Shown: one piece after another, positions 38,620-49,948 of the stretch
Numbering within the stretch: the first letter of the stretch is position 1
Layout: each line of letters starts with the position of its first letter
Origin: Vitrella brassicaformis CCMP3155
Lineage: Eukaryota > Protista > Chromerida
Direction: 5' to 3'
DNA: 64,000 nt
Assembly (NCBI GenBank): GCA_001179505.1
Contig: CDMY01000336.1
Span: forward strand, 62,001 to 126,000
Program-made: the position numbers and the translations under genes
The notes under the pieces: generated by a model
The model's database searches: none
Told to the model about the DNA's origin: nothing
Seen by the model: only the letters and a program-made list of their open reading frames with translations

Positions 38620-40765
38620 TGTGTGTGCCTTGCTGTGTTTGCCCATCTCCCCTCTGCTGCTGTCTGTCCTCTCTCCGGCCCACACACACCTCACCGGTCT
38701 GGGCGGCGAATGCACATGAGGGGGGGCAGTGGGAGGGGAGGGGCGGAGTGGACAGACAGACAGACAGACAGACAGACAGGGACGAGCGAGCCAGCCGAAG
38801 AGACACACTGGTGTGAACAAACACGCGGACATTAGGGAGAGGCAGACCATCCATCCATCCATCCATCCAGCCATCAGCGAGTACCACAGCAGACAGCACA
38901 CGCCACGAGAGAAAGTCCCCACCGGCCCCCCTCTATCTGCCGCCCACACATCCGTCCAGAGAAAATGTCTCGGGCGGATCGCTCCAACGCCAACACCGCC
39001 GCCCAGCCTGACACACACATGGAAAGACAGACACAGACACCATTGCGTAAGTCATGAGCGCATCTTCTGCTCGTCTCAGTCGTGTTTGGTGCAGACATAC
39101 CTCAGCTGTCTATTGGTCGAAGATCATGGCTGAGATGATGTCCCTCAGCACCGCACGGGCCAGCTGAGTGGTCACCGGGAAGCGGACCTTGAAGGCGCCA
39201 CCCACAGACACAGCCGGTTCGGTGGTGCAGACATCCACACGCACTGCAAATGGATGACAGGAGAGGACAGAGATGAGAGTGGCACCGCATTTCCTCCCCC
39301 TCGCTGTGCAGGGCTGGGCTGACCGTCGACGAAACGATCGATGCGAATCCATGCGACGAATGAGTGGCTGGCGTCGGTCAGGACGAGAGAACGATTGCGG
39401 CCGATAGGGCCGAGGTACGATGTTGTGGTGGTGCATCCCTCCACTGGTGTGTGGGGGGACTGTGTCAGCAGGGTGTGCAGCCGGCTGTTGTCGACATGCC
39501 TGACACACACAACGTACACTCGTGTGTGACGTGGCAATGCTCACAGAGAGTGATGCCCCGCCTCACCTGTCGATCATACGGTAAGTTCTGTTGATCTGGT
39601 GAGTCCCCCTGAAGTGGTCGAGGACGATCCTCTTGACATACGACGACACAGATGAGAAGTTGCGAGCAAACAGCGGCGGCTGCCAGCCCTGGTGAGAATA
39701 GTCGATCCTGCTGCGGACTGGCGGGTCATGGGGCTGTCGGTGCTGCTGGTAGGGGTGGTTGGGAGGGAGGGGCGGGATGATGTCGATTTCGAAGCCGTCC
39801 TGGTCCTTAATGGCCCGCACTGTGATGCCGTGCTGGAACAGCTGGAAGGTCACGCCGTCGCCGAAGTCGATGTGGCGGCCGACCATCTTGAGCTGAGCCA
39901 ACACACGGGGATCGGCCAAATACGCCTGCACACACAACACATCAACACACCACACACCGATTGAGAGCCATGGTCCCTCCCTCCCTCCCTCCCTCCCTCG
40001 GTCGGTTGGCCTACCGTCTTGTTTGGGTGTTGGTGCAGATCGGCGGCAGTGATGCTCACAGGCAGCTGGCAGTTGCCGCACTGCCCCGCCAGCTCGATCG
40101 CCTCGCTCATCTCACTCCAACCGCCCGCCTCCGTCACACACAGCGCCGCCAACAGGTCACCCACACCCATCTGCTGCTGGTCGAATGTCACCAGCTGCTG
40201 TCCGTTGGCCGTCCGCCGCAGCCCCGCCTGTGTGCCGAGTTCATTGTCTGTTGTCCATTGGCTGAGCAGCTGCCGCAGCTGAGGCGCTCCGAAGAGGCCA
40301 CTGGCCCAGTTGCAGGTCTTACTCAGACGCAGCACATCTCGCAGCAGAAAATCGCTGCCGCGGTGGGCGCAGACGAACCACACGGGGTGCTGCTGCTGCT
40401 GCTGCTGGGGGTGCTGCATGGGGGCCGTCAGACCTGCCGACAGTGAGCTGCCGCCCCCCTCATGCTGCTGCTGTGACTCTGCCGCAGCACCACCCACACC
40501 AATCGAGCCACCTGAAGGCACCACACAGCACAGGACGGTCATGACGATGTGCAGTCCACCAACAGCAGCTGATGCTTTGCGTTCCTCCGCTATGTCCACC
40601 ACCAGCAGCAGCAGCACCACCACCATCAGCAGCAGGGCTTCTGCCTACGCGTCTACGCTTCTCGGCGCTGTCATCATCAGGCACCTGACCAGCAACACAC
40701 ACCAATGAGTTTGTGTCTGTGTGGGCGTGGGTGTGGACTTGTGCGTACCGCTTTGCTATGCTGTT
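38620..40765 (-). repeat. Multicopy cassette, copy 2 including 3' flank
   Basis: Reverse complement is colinear with copies 1 and 3. It shares its 3' flank with copy 3 up to gcaaggcacacacac. Confidence 0.92.
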
Positions 40766-40805
40766 TGTTGCGGCTACTGTCCATCTGACGAACACGGTCA
40801 ACCAC
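39110..40805 (-). CDS. Lineage-specific family protein (cassette copy 2), apparently intact, with a short unique N-terminus
   Basis: Exons ...MDSSRNKQHSKA|VPDDDSAEKRRR...|HPVWFVCAHRGSDFLLRDVLRLSKTC...ELAGQCGNCQLP...|AYLADPRVLAQLKM...|...IISAMIFDQ*. TAG at 39110-39112. Start codon uncertain. Confidence 0.75.
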
Positions 40806-41510
40806 CTGCACCAAGGAAGCAAAGCAGCCACACAGCGACATGGGATGCAGTCATCAGTGCGCCTGTGATCTCAGTCTGCCGACTCACTGCTCAGTGTGTG
40901 AGTTTTGGCGTCAGCCTTCGAGCTGAAACTGACGCCAGCCATCAAGAAGCAGCCCGACTGATGCCGTCAGTGCTGCCCGCCGCACAAATGCAAAACCTCT
41001 CAACTCAGGCCGTCACCGTCAGATCTGACGGCACACACACCGCACAGCCAGGCAGGGAGGGAAGGGAATGTGTTGCCTGTCGTTTCTATGTGTTATGGCT
41101 CATCTGCCTGTCTGCCTGCCTCCCTCAGTTGGCCTCGCTGATGGGAAGCGCCTCGGCTCGCTGAGTGAATGGGTGGAGAGGTCTTTTGGTCTCACCGATG
41201 GTGACGAGAGCAAGTGTGGAGGCATCAACAAGCCGTCATCGGAGCTAAACTTTCCTCGTCCGCTTTGGAATGCGAGTTCCTTCGTCAGCTTTGGGCTTCG
41301 AGGGAGGAGGCGGGATCTTTCCCTGTGCGTATCGAGGGTGAAGGTGACGGCAAACGCGTATCTTGCGCTGCATCTGTGCGTGGGTTGCGCCTTTCCGCTG
41401 CAGATGTGTCGCTGCCTCTGTGCGTCTGAGAGCATCCAGTCTGTTTGTCTGGCGTGCTATGTCGGATGAAGCTTGCCATCGAATGCACACAGCAATGGAG
41501 CCCACGGCGG

Positions 41511-44500
41511 ATGCTGCTGATCTTGATCACTCTGTGCCTTCCCGGGTCCGCGCCTGCCGCCCTACTTCATCCGCTTCCCCTCCCTCTTTCTTCTTTCCGC
41601 CAGAGGACTCAGCTCACTGCACATCCCCACCCCCCCAGCCACATGAGGCATCCCCCACCCCCTCTGCTGCATCCCTCACACAGTGCCCCTCTCCCCCTCC
41701 CTCTGTCCGGCGCCGGCCTGCTCGAGCCATCCGCACAGGCGTCGCTGCACTCCCTCCTGCACCGTCTGAAGCATCTAACCCACCAGTCCCGGTCGTCAGC
41801 GGCCAAGGCCCGTCGCCACGGCGTCACCAGCGGCTTTCACCGAGAGGCCAACAACTCTGTCGAGGAGGCGCGGGACATCTTTGTAAGAGTGGAGGAGGTG
41901 CTCGGTTTCTCCGGCCACCCCGGATCGTTTACCCCTCTCAAGGCCGATGAGTGGGACGTGATTGTGTGCGCAGCCAGCCGGCTGCTGGGCTGGCGGGGGG
42001 CGCTCATGTGGCTAGAGAGGATGCGACGGCACTCCTTGGCGCAGCGGCCGTCTTCAACGGCGTGCAATGCAGTGATGGGTGCGCTAAGCCGGTCGAAGCG
42101 GGCGGGGGAGGCGCTGGAGTTGCTGTCTAGGATGGACAAGGAGGGCGTTGATACGGACTGCTGGACCTACAGTGCGGCGCTGGGTGCGTGCAGCTGGTGC
42201 TGGGAGGGGGTTGAGCTATATGATCGGCTGAGGGCGGAGGGCGTCCAGATGGATGTCTTCTGCTGCAACTCGGCATTGGCTGCGTGTCGGCACCTGGCCC
42301 TGCCAGACAAGGCCGCCGAGATACTTCAGGTGGCCAGGAAGCAGCACACAAACACGAGATGGACACCTCAACAACACGTGTATGTGTATGTGTATGTGTA
42401 TCGTTTTCTTCTTCAGGACATGAAGGCATCCGGCGTTCGTCCAGATGCAGGCTCATACAAGCTGGCCATCCACTCACTGCACTCACTACTGGAGAGGTCA
42501 ACTCCCGACAACACACCCACCGACCATTCCCTGTCAGCGCGAGCCCTCGCCCTCTACAGCGACTTCCAGCGGCAGCTCAATGACGGTCCCTGCCCGCAGG
42601 TGCTGAGTGCGACGATGCGGGTGCTGCTAAAGGAGGGGCAGTGGCGAGAGGTGCTGCTGCTGCTGGATGACAGCTGCCGTGCCGGATGTGGGGAGGGGGA
42701 GGGGGGTGTCGATTTGGCTATTGTGAATATTGGGCTGGGCGCCTGCGCTATGGGCAGGGATATGGGGAAGGCCAACGACATTCTCGAGGTGAGGGAGGCT
42801 GGCCGCCCAGAGAGAGGGGGAGGTGCATGCAATGCATGGGATATGATTGTATGCGCTCGTGTTGTGTGTTGTGCAGGTGATGCGGGCGTGCCAGTTGTCT
42901 CCCTCCATCATGACGTTCAACGCCTACATCAACTGTCTGGCCGAGTGCGGCCTCTGGCAAGACGCCCTCGCCCTCGTAGACCCCTCACGGGCTCTTGGCT
43001 CGCCCCCGGCTCTGCCCCCGCCCCTCCCTCCAATGGCGCCCAACATCGAGACATACAACCAGGTGCTGAAAGCGCTGGAACGGTCGGGAGAGTGGAAGAT
43101 CGCCCTGCAGCTGCTCATGCACCAGCTGAGCCACGTGGCGCCCTCACTCAAGCTGGGAGAGCCGTCGGCAGCCGCGATCCGTGACGAGAGAGGCCGCGTG
43201 ATCGCCCCCGACGCCATCAGCTACACGACGGTGCTCAAGGCGTGTTCGCGAGAGGGGCGGTGGCGGGCGGCTTTGCGAGTGTTTTACTGGATGCGGCAGC
43301 TGCGGAGGGGCAAGGAGGGAGTGGATCGTCTGGCGTACACGACGGCCATCAGTGCGTGTGCACGGGCGGGCGAGGTGGGGTTTGCTGAGAGTCTGTTTGA
43401 GGAGGCCAAGAGGGAGGGGGTGCTGCCCGACCTCATCATGGTCAATGCACTGCTCGACGCATGCGACAAGGTGAGTTGAGTGGGTGGATGCCTCACACGC
43501 ACATGGGCTTTGTATTGTGTGTGTATGCATGTGTGTGTCAGGCTGGTGAGTGGGAGCGTGCAGTTGACATTCTGACCCAGCTGAAGGAGACACCCTTCCC
43601 CTCTCTGCGGCCCGACCACCGCTCCTTCAACTCGGTCATCTCGGCCTGCTCCAAGAACGGCCAGATGGACCTGGCATTCTCATTCACTCTGGAGATGCAG
43701 ACCTACGGCTTCAGACCGAACGAGGTCACCTACCACGCCCTCGTATTCGCCGCTGACGACCGACTCAGGCCCCCTGATGATGCGACGGCTGATGTGTCGG
43801 CAGAGGAGCTGGACAATTTCCTCGGCGACGTGTATGACAGCACCAGCGACGCGCCTGATCCGGTGGCTTATGGGGCGGCCATCGCGTCATGCAGACGGAG
43901 GGGCGACTGGAAGCAGGCGTTCTCCATCTTGCGCGAAATGAAGGGCCACGGCCTGACGCCCACGTCTTTCTGCTACACGGCCACCCTGCAGACCCTCATC
44001 GCCGCTGCAAAGAGCGGCAGATACACTGGGGATGGAGAGGGAGAGGGAGGGGGAGAGGGTGCGGAGAGCGGCCCCTTTGCGCATCACAGCTGGTGGAGCC
44101 ACGCCGTCTCCTTGATGGAGGACATGCGCGAGGACAACGTGCCGCCCGACAAGAACATGTTTGCCACCCTCATCGACCTCCTCGATCGACTTGGCCACGG
44201 CGATCTCGCTCTGGAGCTTTACAGGGAGGCCGTCGACCGGTCCCTGCTGCCCTCGTCAAGCCAAAAGGACGAGGGAGGGATGCTTGACCTCTCGCGCCAG
44301 CCGTCGGCCCTCACACGAATGGCACTGAAGCACGCGCTGCACATCGCACTACACGGGGGCCCCATGCCGTCATCCATCAACACGGGCGACGAAGAGCTGC
44401 TCACCCACGCCCGTCACTTTTTGCGGGCGTGCAACCCGCCCATCCGCACACACGGCACCCGCCATCCCCACCGGCTGATGATCGACCGTGGCGATTTGAT

Positions 44501-44648
44501 CGAGTTCATGCAGGTGCGGTCGAGGGCGCTGAGGCTGCCGAGCCGTCGGAGGGGCGGTCTGGCCAAGAGGCGGGCAAGGCTTGTGGGGACAAGGAGAGAA
44601 GACAGCAGCAGCAGCAGCAGCAGCAGGGGACGGGATGAGGGAGACTGA
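41511..44648 (+). CDS. Pentatricopeptide-repeat protein with N-terminal signal/transit-like leader and C-terminal SMR-like domain
   Basis: Multiple 35-aa PPR motifs (ACNAVMGALSR, TYSAALGAC, TFNAYINCLAECG, TYNQVLKALERSG, SYTTVLKACSREG, AYTTAISACARAG, SFNSVISACSKNG). Leader MLLILITLCLPGSAPAALL followed by an S/R-rich stretch. Confidence 0.9.
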
Positions 44649-45114
44649 ATTTGATCATGAAGGGTTTGATAGGTCTTGAGCTGTGACTGTGTGGAGGGAG
44701 GCATAGGCGATGTGTGTGTGTGTGTGTGTGTGACAATGAAGGCATTGATTGACGTCTGTGGTGGCTCACGGAAGGTTTAACAGTGCTCACTTGAGGCGGG
44801 TGGCAGAAATGCATTACTCATTGACATGCAAACAGGGGCTGATGCTGCGGGCCGTTTGAGCCGCCCGGGCAGGCAGAGAGTTTGATTGGACCGCTTTCAC
44901 ACACACTGGAAAGAGAGGTGCAGACACACGAGGGTGGATGCGGTGGTGTGTGTCGTGAATGAATGGGTGGTGTGAGACCTCACACGTCCGCTTCGCGACA
45001 CGAGAGAGGGAACGATTGGTGCGACTGTATGTCACTTGACTTGATGGCAATCGATGAGCCACACGGCCACGAATGGGTCCAATGTCACTCACGCACACGA
45101 ACTGACCATCTCAC

Positions 45115-48100
45115 TCAGAGGAATACGAGCGTCAGCGATTCAGCTGACCAGGGCTGGTTCGACCGATGGGTGGTGGGACGAATGGGTGGTTCTGTAACAG
45201 CCTGGTGTGCCCTGGCGGGCAGAATGAAAAGGGGAGTGAGGGCAGCGGAGGACCGGCCGGCGGGAAGCCTGTCGACAAACATGCCGGGGAGACACAGGCA
45301 TAGCGTGAGAGTCCGTCTCTGGGTGGAAGAGATGGGCGGTGTGTGTCTGTGGGTACCTGTGGATACTATGTTGGCCGTGTGGTTTGCCCCTGTGCTCTGG
45401 GACGAAGCGGTGTTCTCACGGGACCTTGGTCCTGAGAGCGGCCTGGTGTCCTCCTTCTTCACACCCACCTTGCGGCTGACACGCACATATACACAAATAC
45501 ATGAATTGATGGATGGACGGATGAATGCCGACAGGTTCGTGTTGAATGCGCACCTGGGAGACAGCGTGGTTTGGGTGATGTTGAGGGGGGTCTGCTGGTG
45601 CTGCTGGTGCTGGTGCTGGTGCTTGCTGGGGCCGTTGTGAGTCGAAAAGAGCGTGGCAGCAGAGGGCCGCGAGACATACGACGACACACCGATCAAAGGC
45701 TGCATGATGGAAGCAGACTGCCCATTCGATATACCTAGACAAAGATTAGACACCGGAAACTGCTGCACCCTGCTCTCGTTCGTGGCCTCCTCGCCATTCT
45801 CCTCACCCCCAGTCGTCAGCGGCCTGTTCCAGGGATTCGTAGGCGGCCCGCCATTGCTGCTGCCGTTGGTGGAGCGCTTCTTCGGCGCAGCCTCTTGTGA
45901 ACGTGGGCGAGCGCCAGGGCGGTAGCGAACAGCCGTGTGTGTGCCGCCAGGGGGGAATCTCACCCTCGAGCCCTGAGGAAGCCTCCCCGCCGCGCCATGC
46001 CCCGCCCGTCGCCCGGCGCCGCTGCCGCCCACCTCGACCGGGGTCACGTGTTTGGGCACCGCGCCCGTGCGATGCTTCTGATGGGTGGTGAGGTGGGTGC
46101 TCCTGGGCTGGCTCGAGTGGGATGGGGGGACGGACCCCCGCAACATCCTCGACGCCACCGCTGTCTCGCTCAGCCCCCTGGGTGGTCGGTCCTTGTCCTC
46201 GCTCATCGTCAGCTGCCCCTGCCCAGCCGCGCCACCGTTGCGACGGGCACCATTCTGTTTGCTGGCCTTGATGTGGTTGAGCAGTGAGGGGCGCTCTGTG
46301 GTCGTGCTGTCTGTCGTGGGGATGGTGTTTCGCGAGTGGTGGTCGGATATGATCGGGGCCTGCCGCTGGTTGGTGTGAGAGTGGGGGTGGGCCCTAGCGT
46401 TGGACGCCAGGCTCCCGCTGTTGGCCAGGTTCTGCCGGTTGAGTGAGAGTGAGAGGCTGGGGCGGTGGGCTGGGAAGGAAGAAGAAGAAGAAGACACAGT
46501 GACAGTAGCCGCCGGCTGCTTGGGCCTGGGCGGCACCACAGGGGCGCTGTTGTCGTTGACACCGGCCATCGTCTGCAAAAAAGCCTGAGAGAGAGAGAAA
46601 AAGAGAAGAAACATACACTGGGCAGTTGTGTCTTTCTGCAATGCGTGTTGCGCACCTGTCCGCCCCGTATGAAGGTCTCCTCCTCTGCAGCATCCACACC
46701 CGTCCCTTCATCACCCTCCTGTGACCCACCAACCACACCACCCACCACACCACCGCCAGCTGCTGCGGCTGGGGCGCCCACGTCCGCCGAACCCGACGAC
46801 TCACCCCCGCTGCTGCCCGCCGCCTTCTGCGCCACGATGCCCTCAAGGAAGCTTGACACGGGCCTGCCCCCGTACTCGCCCCACCTATCCACCTCTCTCG
46901 CCGGTCGTTGCGATGGTGCTGAGGCGGCCGGCAGGTCGGTGTGAGCCAGCGATGCCATTTGCAGCGGAAGGCCTGGCAAAATGGCATCGGGAGCCATGTC
47001 TCGCGCAGCCTCACCCACAGCAGTCTCATTGCGATCGCCCTCCCGACCAGCACCACGACCCTCACCACCATTCGGCACCACCTGTGTCTGTTGGCCCTCC
47101 TCTCGCTCCCTCGCCTCGCCGATGAACCCCTCCTCCCCCACGTTGTGGCGCCCTACCGGCTGACCCAGGTTAACAGGTCGACCGCCACCTGGGTGGAAGT
47201 CGCGCTCGTGATGCATCAACAGCCCGTCGGGGACCCGGTTAGGTACATTGAGATCACCGAAAGCGATGGGCTGTCTCGGCGACGGGCAGTGTCGTAGCTG
47301 CTCCGAGGGCGGAAGAGCGGCCAGCTCTCCGTCAGGTGGCGGCGGCCATGTGGGAAGGACGGACGGTTCGGCGACGGGCAGGGCGACGATGGACGCTTCG
47401 GCGACGGGCAGGGCGGCGATTTCTGCCTCTTGTGGGTCCTCCTGTGCCGAGAGGATCTGTGACCTCATGGCGCGGCTGTGGTCAAGCTGCGCCTGGCACT
47501 GCATCTGCTCCAGCTCCACCTTGAGGTCATTCACCAGCTCGTCGAGCTCCTTTTTTTCCTTCTTGAGCTTTTCGTTCTCCTTCCGCAGATCCTTATTCTC
47601 ATTGCTGAACCAAAGCAAGGGAAAGTGACACCGGGAGGGAAGGAAGGCAAGGATGGGCTCAGGCGCAAAGGGCTGTCTTGGGCTGGTCATTCACTCACTG
47701 TAGTTCGATGCCTTTGTCGAAAAGGAAGACCGCCTCCCCTCTCTGGGACAGCCAGTCGCGCATGGGGATCTGCCCCTCCTCTCCCTTCAACTCTCTATTC
47801 AGCCTCTCAACGTCTTTCATGTTCTTGGCTACATTAATGGACACACACGAGACACAGGAGGGAGGAAAGATGGGTTGACAGACGCCAGGAGAGCGCTCGC
47901 ACGTACGTGATGTCTCGCCCGCCTCTGTCAGGAAATCGACCTCAGGAATGTCTACCAACTCTGCAGAAAGAGAATGAAAGACGCGTATGTGTGGGTCTGC
48001 GTGTCTATCTGTGTGGGGGTCCTGTGGACATACTTGTGTCAAACCCCTCGAGCTCATCCGTGTCGAAAATTTCCTCAGCTGCTTTACCATACCGCTGTAA

Positions 48101-49553
48101 GACACAGGACAGGCAAGCCACAAGACACACACACACACAAAGACACACACAAAATACATTGCTGTGCTCTCGCCGGCCCGTGTAGGTGTGTGTGTACCTC
48201 TCTAAGGATGCGCTGAAATTCCGTTGTGGCCCTGTAGCACTTGTCCAGCAGGGCATCGAGCTGGGTGACAGTGAGTTGGGCGTCCAGCTGGTCCCAGTCG
48301 AGCAGGTGACGGCACCGCGCCGTCTCCTCAAGGGTGATCGCTGCCGCATCGTCTTCCTCCCCCTCCAGCCCACCGTCATCCTCACCGTCGTGCTGATTCT
48401 CCTCGTCTATCGTCTCCCCCTCCACTCCGTGCTGATCCTCCTCGTCTATCGTCTCCTCCTCCACCCCGTTCGTCATCCCAGCACCATGACCGTTGTCAGC
48501 CCGATCGTGGCCCAGGGTATCGTTGGTCATCCGAGCCTCCCCGCGCCCCTCTTGCCCATCCTCTGGTCCAGGACCCACCCCCTCTCCATCACCCTCTCCC
48601 TCTCCGTCTCCCTCCATCCCGCTCTCGCCATCACCCTCGCTGTGGCCATTCACCATCTCCTCCTGGGCGTCCGCATCGCCGTGTTGCCGCCTGGCGGCCT
48701 CCCGCTTGGCGGCCTCCCGCTTGGCGGCTTCCTGCCTGGCGATATTTCGCTTTTCTGACTCGGTGAGGGGGAAGTCGTCCATGAAGTCTGGGTCCCGGAG
48801 CCTGTGGAGCATGCAGAGAAAATCCCACCCAGAGGGAGGTGCCGGGACGGGTGGGCATGGCACACGAGGACATAGCACACGAGGGCCAGGCGATGGTGTG
48901 TTGGCTGTCGCTGCGATGGTGCTGGCGGGGTCCGCGCCCTCGATGTGCTGGGCCAGCTTGTCTTCCGACATAGGGAAGCCATGGTTGATGAGTTCGGAAA
49001 GAATGCGGAAACGAAGAGGGTCTCCGAACATGCGCAGATGACTGATGAGCTGGCACCACATGTGCTCGCGGTGCCAGTCGTTAACCTGTAGCAAAGTGCA
49101 TGACAAACACGAGTCCGTCAAGGGCATGTGGCGTCGATGCGGCCATGGAAGCTTACACGTCTCATCCTCTGCGTCACTGTCAACATGGATTGGACACGAC
49201 GTCGAATGTGGGCTGTCTGCAGCGAGAATACCAGTGCAAATGAGGACGTCTGTCGACGTTCCCCCTTTCCTTTCGCCCTCACCCATATCTTCATATCCCG
49301 CAACATTTTCCTCTCGCGCTCGGGCAATTCCAGCAAACGAACCTGTGATATGCATCGAATCGGATGGACTCTTTCTCTGTCGCCCTCCCCTTCCTTCCTG
49401 CGCTGGTGATTGGTGTCTTACTGGCTTGGTCCTCTCCAAATCGTTGCCTTCAGACCCTTGGCCTTCATCCGACTCACGCCTCGCTTCACGCCGACGGGCC
49501 GGGCCCGGGGTAGGTTCTAGGTCCACGGGTCTGCGCTCGTTGATGGTGTCCAT
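45115..49553 (-). CDS. Large multi-exon hypothetical protein (helical or wHTH-like segment, coiled coil, long disordered tail)
   Basis: ORFs 48084..49553, 46209..47690 and 45115..46641 can be joined by GT-AG introns. Coiled coil ENKDLRKENEKLKKEKKELDELVNDLKVELE. Confidence 0.6.
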
Positions 49554-49948
49554 TATTACTGCGATGCGACAATCGTTGCAACGTTGACAGCAGAATCTAC
49601 CACCCCAGAGTGTTTAGAGCGCATGTGTTTAATGGTCGGTTTGTCGATCTACGGAAGTTGGCCAAAAAACTATCGTTCACCGGGAGCCAGTGAAGTCAGC
49701 ATGCCTACCATGCTTGCTGTCTACACGCCTGTCTCTACCTCCTGCTTCTACTTCATTCTCGTTTTAAACCAGATCGATTGAGGATCGAATTTCTGTTTTT
49801 CTCGAATCTACCAAATTCGTTTGTTGGTTTTATCGCCTGGATTCCTTTCCAGTGTGATCACACACACATTGATGCAGAAAAACATAGTTTGACTTGCGAG
49901 CTTGAGCTCGCAGAAGAGTCCATTTGTCCATGAGCACACTCTTCGATT

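Noticed and set aside
38600-40900. Helitron or TIR termini and transposase for the cassette
   Set aside because: I found no shared TC...CTRR ends, terminal inverted repeats or transposase/RT motifs by eye, so the cassette is labelled repeat rather than mobile_element.
48400-48740. Short coding repeats (EETIDEEDQH x2, REAAK x3)
   Set aside because: Ordinary slippage repeats in a disordered acidic region.
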